Positions 58,578 through 64,000 of a stretch of 64,000 nt of DNA are shown here, one piece after another. The first letter of the stretch is position 1. The number at the start of each line of letters is the position of its first letter. The notes under the pieces are model-generated. The model was not told the DNA's origin. It made no database searches and saw nothing but the letters and a program-made list of their open reading frames with translations. This stretch comes from Bacillota bacterium. Lineage in GTDB: Bacteria > Bacillota > Dethiobacteria > DTU022. The stretch spans positions 2,777 through 66,776 of the forward strand of contig VGTO01000001.1 in NCBI GenBank assembly GCA_016874655.1. Direction: 5' to 3'. A program made the translations under genes and the position numbers.

Positions 58578-58602
58578 ATCTTTAAGAAAACTGATTATTG
58601 TT

Positions 58603-59730
58603 GTGAAAAGAGGTGAGTGGCAGGTGGATGCTGATGATCGATATATGTGGATGGCTCTGGACCTTGCCCGCCAGGGGCGCGGTCGCACCAATCCCAACCC
58701 GATGGTTGGTGCGGTCTTAGTCCAGGGAGCAGAGGTGGTAGGCAGCGGATATCATAGAGCTGCCGGCACTGCTCATGCTGAAATTATTGCCTTAGAAAAG
58801 GCAGGCGAAAAAGCAAAAGGAGCCACTCTCTATATCAACCTTGAGCCATGCAACCACCATGGACGAACCGGACCTTGCACAGAGGCGATTATCAAACATG
58901 GAATCGGCAGGGTTGTTGTAGCCATGCAAGATCCCAACCCGCTGGTATCAGGCCGTGGTATCGCCCGCCTGCAGGAAGCAGGGATCAAGATCCGTGAAGG
59001 GGTTCTTGAACAGAGAGCCCGTCACCTGAATGAAACCTTTATCAAGTATATTACTAAAAAGCTGCCTTATGTTTCGGTCAAGGTAGCGATGAGCCTCGAC
59101 GGAAAAATAGCCACCGCATCCGGTGAATCACACTGGATAACCGGCGAGAAAGCACGCCAGTTTGTACACCGGCTGCGTGATCACACTGACGTAATCATGG
59201 TTGGCATTGAAACTGTGATCAAAGACAATCCACGGCTGACGACCAGGTTGGAAGGCGGGGCTGGGCATGATCCGGTGAGGGTCATCGTTGACAGCAGTGC
59301 CCGATTGTCGCTTGATGCCAAAGTGATTGAAAGCGGTTCGGCGTCAAAAACAATTGTGGCGATAACTGCTAAAGCGCCACGGGAAAAATGTAAGGCCTTA
59401 AAATCTAAAGGTGTTGAAGTCCTGGAACTGCCTGATGAAGGTGGCCGTGTTGATCTAAAGGCCCTGATGAAGGAACTGGCTAACAGAGAACTATCCGCCG
59501 TTCTGGTAGAAGGCGGAGGTACTTTAAACTATAGCATGCTCGAACAGGGTCTGATCGATAAGCTCTTTATCTTCATCGCTCCCTTGATCATCGGCGGCAA
59601 AGAAAGCCCTACCGCTTTTTCCGGTTCCGGCATTCCGGCGCTGGAAAAGGCATGGGCTGTTGAAGGTGTGGAGTTGAAACAATTTGATCGCGATCTGCTC
59701 CTGATCGGTTATCCGAAGAGAATGCAGTGA
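58603..59730 (+). CDS. ribD: bifunctional diaminohydroxyphosphoribosylaminopyrimidine deaminase / 5-amino-6-(5-phosphoribosylamino)uracil reductase
   Basis: 375 aa; CMP/dCMP deaminase zinc motifs (HAEIIA; PCNHHGRTGPC) and C-terminal reductase domain. Confidence 0.9.
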   Translation: MKRGEWQVDADDRYMWMALDLARQGRGRTNPNPMVGAVLVQGAEVVGSGYHRAAGTAHAEIIALEKAGEKAKGATLYINLEPCNHHGRTGPCTEAIIKHGIGRVVVAMQDPNPLVSGRGIARLQEAGIKIREGVLEQRARHLNETFIKYITKKLPYVSVKVAMSLDGKIATASGESHWITGEKARQFVHRLRDHTDVIMVGIETVIKDNPRLTTRLEGGAGHDPVRVIVDSSARLSLDAKVIESGSASKTIVAITAKAPREKCKALKSKGVEVLELPDEGGRVDLKALMKELANRELSAVLVEGGGTLNYSMLEQGLIDKLFIFIAPLIIGGKESPTAFSGSGIPALEKAWAVEGVELKQFDRDLLLIGYPKRMQ

Positions 59731-59749
59731 TCATTGGATGGTGTGATTA

Positions 59750-60406
59750 TTGTTTACTGGTATTATTGAAGAGCTTGGTCTAGTGCGCCGGACTCATCAC
59801 TCAGCTGATGGGGCGTCAATTGTGATTGCGGCAAAAGAGATTTTAAGAGATCTAAAAATCGGCAACAGCATTGCAGTCAGCGGTCCTTGTTTAACCGTTA
59901 CTGCTTTTGATCGAGATACATTTACGGCCTTTGTAATGCCTGAGACCTTGAAAAGAACTACTCTTGGTGCTCTGAAAACGGGATCTACGGTTAACCTGGA
60001 AAGGGCCCTGGTCCTTGGCGGGCGACTGGGCGGCCACATGGTGAGTGGTCATATTGATGCAGTTGTAACTCTTATCCAAAACAAACCGCAAGGCGGGGCA
60101 GCTGTTCTAAGCTTTGAGACCCAGCCGGAGTTGCTGCGCTATATCGTGCCAAAGGGTTCAGTTGCGCTGGATGGTGTTAGCCTGACCGTCATTGAGGTTA
60201 ATACCTCAGGTTTTTCTGTCGGCATTATTCCCCATACCGGCCAGGAAACTACCCTGGGCACAAGAGAGATTGGTTCAGCGGTTAATCTGGAAGTAGATCT
60301 GATTGGAAAATATGTTGAAAAAATGCTGGAACCCCGGCTTCACGATGAAGGTAAAGAAACTAATAAAATAACGATGGACCTTTTAATGGAAAAGGGTTAC
60401 CTCTAG
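59750..60406 (+). CDS. ribE: riboflavin synthase alpha subunit
   Basis: 218 aa; MFTGIIEELG start, duplicated lumazine-binding domains. Confidence 0.9.
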   Translation: MFTGIIEELGLVRRTHHSADGASIVIAAKEILRDLKIGNSIAVSGPCLTVTAFDRDTFTAFVMPETLKRTTLGALKTGSTVNLERALVLGGRLGGHMVSGHIDAVVTLIQNKPQGGAAVLSFETQPELLRYIVPKGSVALDGVSLTVIEVNTSGFSVGIIPHTGQETTLGTREIGSAVNLEVDLIGKYVEKMLEPRLHDEGKETNKITMDLLMEKGYL

Positions 60407-60426
60407 TCTTAAGGAGTGGACAATAA

Positions 60427-61629
60427 ATGTCTTTTAGTACTATTGAAGAAGCCCTGGAGGATTTAAAAGCAGGGCAGATGGTTGTGGTCGTTGATGACGA
60501 AGACCGTGAAAATGAGGGCGATCTGATCATGGCTGCTGCCAAGGTTACCCCGGAAGCAGTGAACTTTATGATCCGCAATGCCCGTGGCTTAGTATGTGCC
60601 CCGCTGACCTCTAAAAGGTTACGTGAACTTGACCTGCCTCAGATGGTAACTCAAAACACCGACACTCACTGCACTGCTTTTACTGTTTCAGTTGATGCCG
60701 GTTCCTGTGCTACAGGAATATCTGCTTTTGAGAGGTCTAAAACGATCAAAGCCTTGATCGATCCGGCCACCAGGCCTGCAGATTTGAAACGCCCCGGCCA
60801 CATTTTTCCCTTGGAAGCAATGGAAGGCGGAGTCCTGCGCCGAGCAGGGCATACTGAGGCGGCAGTAGACTTAGCGACGCTTTCCGATCTTGAACCGGCA
60901 GGGGTGATTTGTGAGATTATCAATGAGGATGGCAGCATGGCCCGTCTGCCCCAGTTGATCGAATTCTGCAAGGAACACAAATTAAAGCTAATTTCAATTG
61001 CCGATCTGATTAATTACCGGATGAAGAAAGAGAAACTGGTCTGGCGTGGTGCAACGGCCGAGATGCCAACCATATTTGGCACATTTAAGTTGATCGCTTA
61101 CGAAAACAATATTGACAATCAGACCCACCTGGTTTTGGTAATGGGGGAAATTGAATCCAACGAGCCCACTCTGGTCAGAGTGCATTCCGAGTGTCTTACC
61201 GGGGATGTTTTTGCTTCGCTGCGCTGTGATTGTGGCAACCAGCTGCATCAGGCTATGAAGCAGATTGCCGAAGCCGGTACCGGTGCCCTGATTTACATGC
61301 GCCAGGAAGGCCGTGGTATAGGGCTCTTGAACAAAATTAAAGCGTATGAACTACAGGATTTGGGGAAAGACACCGTTGAAGCCAATGAAGCGCTCGGCTT
61401 TGCCGCCGACCTGCGTGATTATGGTGTTGGGGCTCAGATTATGGTTGACCTGGGATTGAAAAAAATCCGTCTCCTGACTAACAATCCCCGTAAAATAAAG
61501 GGACTCGAGGGTTACGATATCAATATTGTAGAGCGGGTTCCGCTTGAAGTGAAGCCATGCAGCTATAATTGTAATTACCTTTCAACAAAGAAAGAAAAAC
61601 TCGGCCATATCCTCAACATGGCTAAATAA
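60427..61629 (+). CDS. ribBA: bifunctional 3,4-dihydroxy-2-butanone-4-phosphate synthase / GTP cyclohydrolase II
   Basis: 400 aa; DHBP synthase ([11 protein letters not shown]) plus GCHII (CxC...C zinc site, RQEGRGIGL). Confidence 0.9.
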   Translation: MSFSTIEEALEDLKAGQMVVVVDDEDRENEGDLIMAAAKVTPEAVNFMIRNARGLVCAPLTSKRLRELDLPQMVTQNTDTHCTAFTVSVDAGSCATGISAFERSKTIKALIDPATRPADLKRPGHIFPLEAMEGGVLRRAGHTEAAVDLATLSDLEPAGVICEIINEDGSMARLPQLIEFCKEHKLKLISIADLINYRMKKEKLVWRGATAEMPTIFGTFKLIAYENNIDNQTHLVLVMGEIESNEPTLVRVHSECLTGDVFASLRCDCGNQLHQAMKQIAEAGTGALIYMRQEGRGIGLLNKIKAYELQDLGKDTVEANEALGFAADLRDYGVGAQIMVDLGLKKIRLLTNNPRKIKGLEGYDINIVERVPLEVKPCSYNCNYLSTKKEKLGHILNMAK

Positions 61630-61646
61630 CGGACGGAGGTAAAACA

Positions 61647-62108
61647 TTGAAAACTATTGAAGGAAAACTGGTAGCGCGAGATTACCGATTTGGGATTGTC
61701 GTCAGCCGTTTCAATGAGTTTATTTCAGGACACCTGCTTAGCGGCGCTCTTGATTGCCTGAAGCGCCATGAGGCTGACGAAGGCAAAATTGAGATCATCT
61801 GGGTGCCGGGGGCTTTTGAGATTCCCTTTGCTGCGAAAAAGGCGGTACTCAGTAAACGGTACGACGCTGTTATCTGCCTCGGTGCTGTAATCAGGGGCTC
61901 AACCCCTCATTTTGATTATGTCGCCTCTGAAGTGGCTAAAGGTGTTGCTCAGGTCAGTCTTGAAAGCGGGATGCCCGTAATCTTTGGCGTGATCACCAGT
62001 GATACCCTGGAACAGGCGATTGAAAGGGCAGGTAGCAAGGCCGGTAACAAGGGCTGGCAGGCAGCTGCTGCAGCCATCGAAATGGCTGACCTAAACGGCC
62101 AGTTTTAG
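61647..62108 (+). CDS. ribH: 6,7-dimethyl-8-ribityllumazine synthase
   Basis: 153 aa; lumazine synthase fold (VPGAFEIP; [14 protein letters not shown]). Confidence 0.9.
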   Translation: MKTIEGKLVARDYRFGIVVSRFNEFISGHLLSGALDCLKRHEADEGKIEIIWVPGAFEIPFAAKKAVLSKRYDAVICLGAVIRGSTPHFDYVASEVAKGVAQVSLESGMPVIFGVITSDTLEQAIERAGSKAGNKGWQAAAAAIEMADLNGQF

Positions 62109-62133
62109 CCACTATTTAAAGGAGCCATGTTAC

Positions 62134-64000
62134 TTGAGCTTAACAGAACCGGAAAAATTTGTCGTCATCGATGGTAACAGCCTGCTTTACAGAGCTTTTT
62201 ATGCCTTACCCCTGCTGCAAAACCGTCGCGGCGAACATACCAACGCTGTTTACGGTTTTACAACTATGCTTTACAAATTGTTGGAAGAAGAACGGCCAGA
62301 CTACCTGGCCGTTGCTTTTGATCCACCGAAACCCTCATTCCGGGTGAGAATTGATGCAACCTATAAAGCCCAGAGAGAAAAAACTCCGGCTGAGCTTAGT
62401 GAGCAGGTTGACAAGGTGCGGGATATTTTATCCGCTATGCAGATTGCTGTTTTTGAAATTGATGATTTTGAGGCAGATGACGTGATTGGCACCCTTGCCG
62501 ATCGTTTTATCGCTTTAGGTCGGAAAGTTGTTGTGGTTTCCGGCGACGCTGACCTGCTGCAGTTGGTTGACGATCAGATCACAGTCATGCTTACTAAAAA
62601 AGGGATCAGCATCATACAACGATATGATCGCGAGCAGCTAAAAAAAGACTATGGCTTAGATCCGGAACAGATCATTGATTTTAAGGCTCTCAAAGGTGAC
62701 CCTTCCGATAATATTGCCGGGGTACCAGGAATTGGTGATAAAACTGCCCGCGATTTGCTTGTTGAGTATAAAACACTTGATTTGATTTATGCTCATTTTG
62801 ATCAGCTAAAACCCAAGACGGCAGAAAATCTAAAGAATTATCGTGACCAGCTTTTTATTGGGCGAGAACTGGTTACACTCAGGCGGGATGTACCACTTAC
62901 TTTAGACTCAGAAGACTGCCGTTTTCGTGAGCCTGACTATAATCGCTTGCTGCCGCTTTTCGAACAGCTTGAATTCAAAAGCCTGATCAACCGACTTAAG
63001 GCAAACAAGGATAAGCAGAGTGAACTACACCAGGATCATCATAATTGTTACAACGTCGAAAAAATTACCGATTTAACCGGATTAGAAGCAGTGTTCAACT
63101 CGCTGCAGAATAACTCGCAATTAGCTATTTGTTGTGAACCGGAAGCAGGCCGCCCCTACTGGCAACAGCCGCTAAAATTTGTAGCCCTGGCGATCGACCG
63201 CAGCAAAGGTTTTTATCTGGATCCGGAGTTGGTTGCAAAGAAGAGCAAGGATATTTTCAGCCTGCTCGCTGCTCTCAAGAGCAGAGGGGTCAGTCTTTTA
63301 GTCCATCACAAAAAATACATTGATCACTTATATCTGAAATACAACCTGCCTCTTCCGGCGGTGGCTTTTGATGTTCAGTTGGCAGCTTACCTGGTTGATC
63401 CAGCTGCGAACAATTATGACCTGGTTGCTCTTTTACAGCACTATTTAGGGATCACCACTGGTTGTGTGCTTGATTCCAGGAAAAAGGATTTTAATCAGGA
63501 GCGTTTTAACGAACTAAAGGCTGAAACTGCCCGTAATCTCTTCTTGCTTCAGGATGAGCTAAAGGCTGGGCTGGCAGAGCAAAAACTGGAGCCCCTGCTA
63601 TATGACCTTGAACAACCCCTGGCCTCCGTATTGGCCAGGATGGAAAAACGGGGTTTAAAGGTTGATGCTGATTACCTGCGAACCCTTTCAGTAGAGATTA
63701 AGAAACGACTTTTAGATCTGGAGCAGGAAATCTATGGGCTTGCCGGTGAGAGTTTCAATATTAATTCGCCCCAGCAGCTGGCTGCTATTCTTTTCGACAA
63801 ACTTGGTTTGCCGGTATTTCGCAAAACAAAAACAGGGCGTTCAACTGACGCACGGGTTCTTGAAGAGTTGGCCGATCAGCACGAAATCGCCAGCCTGCTT
63901 ATTAACTACCGCCAGCTGGCGAAGCTGGAGGGAACTTACCTCACAGGTCTTGTTGAGCTGGTTGATCAGCAGGAGCAGAAGATCTACACTACCCTAAACC
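62134..64000 (+). CDS. polA: DNA polymerase I, N-terminal 5'-3' exonuclease and start of the polymerase domain; runs off the window end (partial)
   Basis: TTG start at 62134 (AAAGGAG RBS). I translated the frame by hand: SLTEPEKFVVIDGNSLLYRAFYALP... (5'-nuclease), continuing to ...LVELVDQQEQKIYTTLN at the window edge. It is absent from the ORF track because no stop falls in the window. Confidence 0.85.
   Translation, partial: MSLTEPEKFVVIDGNSLLYRAFYALPLLQNRRGEHTNAVYGFTTMLYKLLEEERPDYLAVAFDPPKPSFRVRIDATYKAQREKTPAELSEQVDKVRDILSAMQIAVFEIDDFEADDVIGTLADRFIALGRKVVVVSGDADLLQLVDDQITVMLTKKGISIIQRYDREQLKKDYGLDPEQIIDFKALKGDPSDNIAGVPGIGDKTARDLLVEYKTLDLIYAHFDQLKPKTAENLKNYRDQLFIGRELVTLRRDVPLTLDSEDCRFREPDYNRLLPLFEQLEFKSLINRLKANKDKQSELHQDHHNCYNVEKITDLTGLEAVFNSLQNNSQLAICCEPEAGRPYWQQPLKFVALAIDRSKGFYLDPELVAKKSKDIFSLLAALKSRGVSLLVHHKKYIDHLYLKYNLPLPAVAFDVQLAAYLVDPAANNYDLVALLQHYLGITTGCVLDSRKKDFNQERFNELKAETARNLFLLQDELKAGLAEQKLEPLLYDLEQPLASVLARMEKRGLKVDADYLRTLSVEIKKRLLDLEQEIYGLAGESFNINSPQQLAAILFDKLGLPVFRKTKTGRSTDARVLEELADQHEIASLLINYRQLAKLEGTYLTGLVELVDQQEQKIYTTLN

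Noticed and set aside
58507-58602. FMN riboswitch expected upstream of ribD
   Set aside because: The gap is too short (96 nt) and lacks conserved RFN motifs. I recorded it as a finding (absence) rather than a feature.
1-64000. CRISPR arrays, insertion sequences, prophage or defence-system genes
   Set aside because: No direct-repeat arrays and no transposase, integrase, restriction or Cas-like ORFs were seen. Every sizeable ORF is an identifiable housekeeping gene. The intein is the only selfish element.

Overview
This window is a conserved core-chromosome segment of a Firmicutes (Clostridia-like) genome, with almost every gene on the + strand and a gene order very close to Bacillus subtilis. 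The order is: ogt-aroC-aroB; secD-secF-recJ-relA-dtd-hisS/aspS; mgtE with a long structured leader; the division/cell-wall (dcw) cluster mraZ-rsmH-ftsL-pbp-murF-mraY-murD-ftsW-murG-murB-ftsQ-ftsA-ftsZ; nrdR-nrdD-nrdG; pgeF(ylmD)-HlyD-like-ylmE-ylmG-ylmH-divIVA; T-box-ileS-lspA-lgt-rluD; rqcH (the only minus-strand gene); yicC-remA-gmk-rpoZ-coaBC-priA-def-fmt-rsmB-prpC-prkC-rsgA-rpe; ribD-ribE-ribBA-ribH; and the 5' part of polA. I found no CRISPR array, transposase or defence island. The most unusual features are: (1) a 525-aa intein with a LAGLIDADG homing endonuclease inside the anaerobic ribonucleotide reductase gene nrdD, whose DNA is visibly AT-rich relative to the host gene; (2) an in-frame fusion of hisS and aspS into one 1030-aa ORF; (3) tandem NrdR boxes overlapping the nrdR-nrdDG promoter; (4) a 10-bp periodic MraZ operator array upstream of mraZ; (5) a clear T-box leader for ileS and a candidate Mg2+ (M-box) leader for mgtE; and (6) synteny deviations: no murE, sepF or rlmN at their usual positions, no FMN riboswitch before ribD, and nrdR-nrdDG inserted after ftsZ. 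Gene symbols are motif- and synteny-based guesses.
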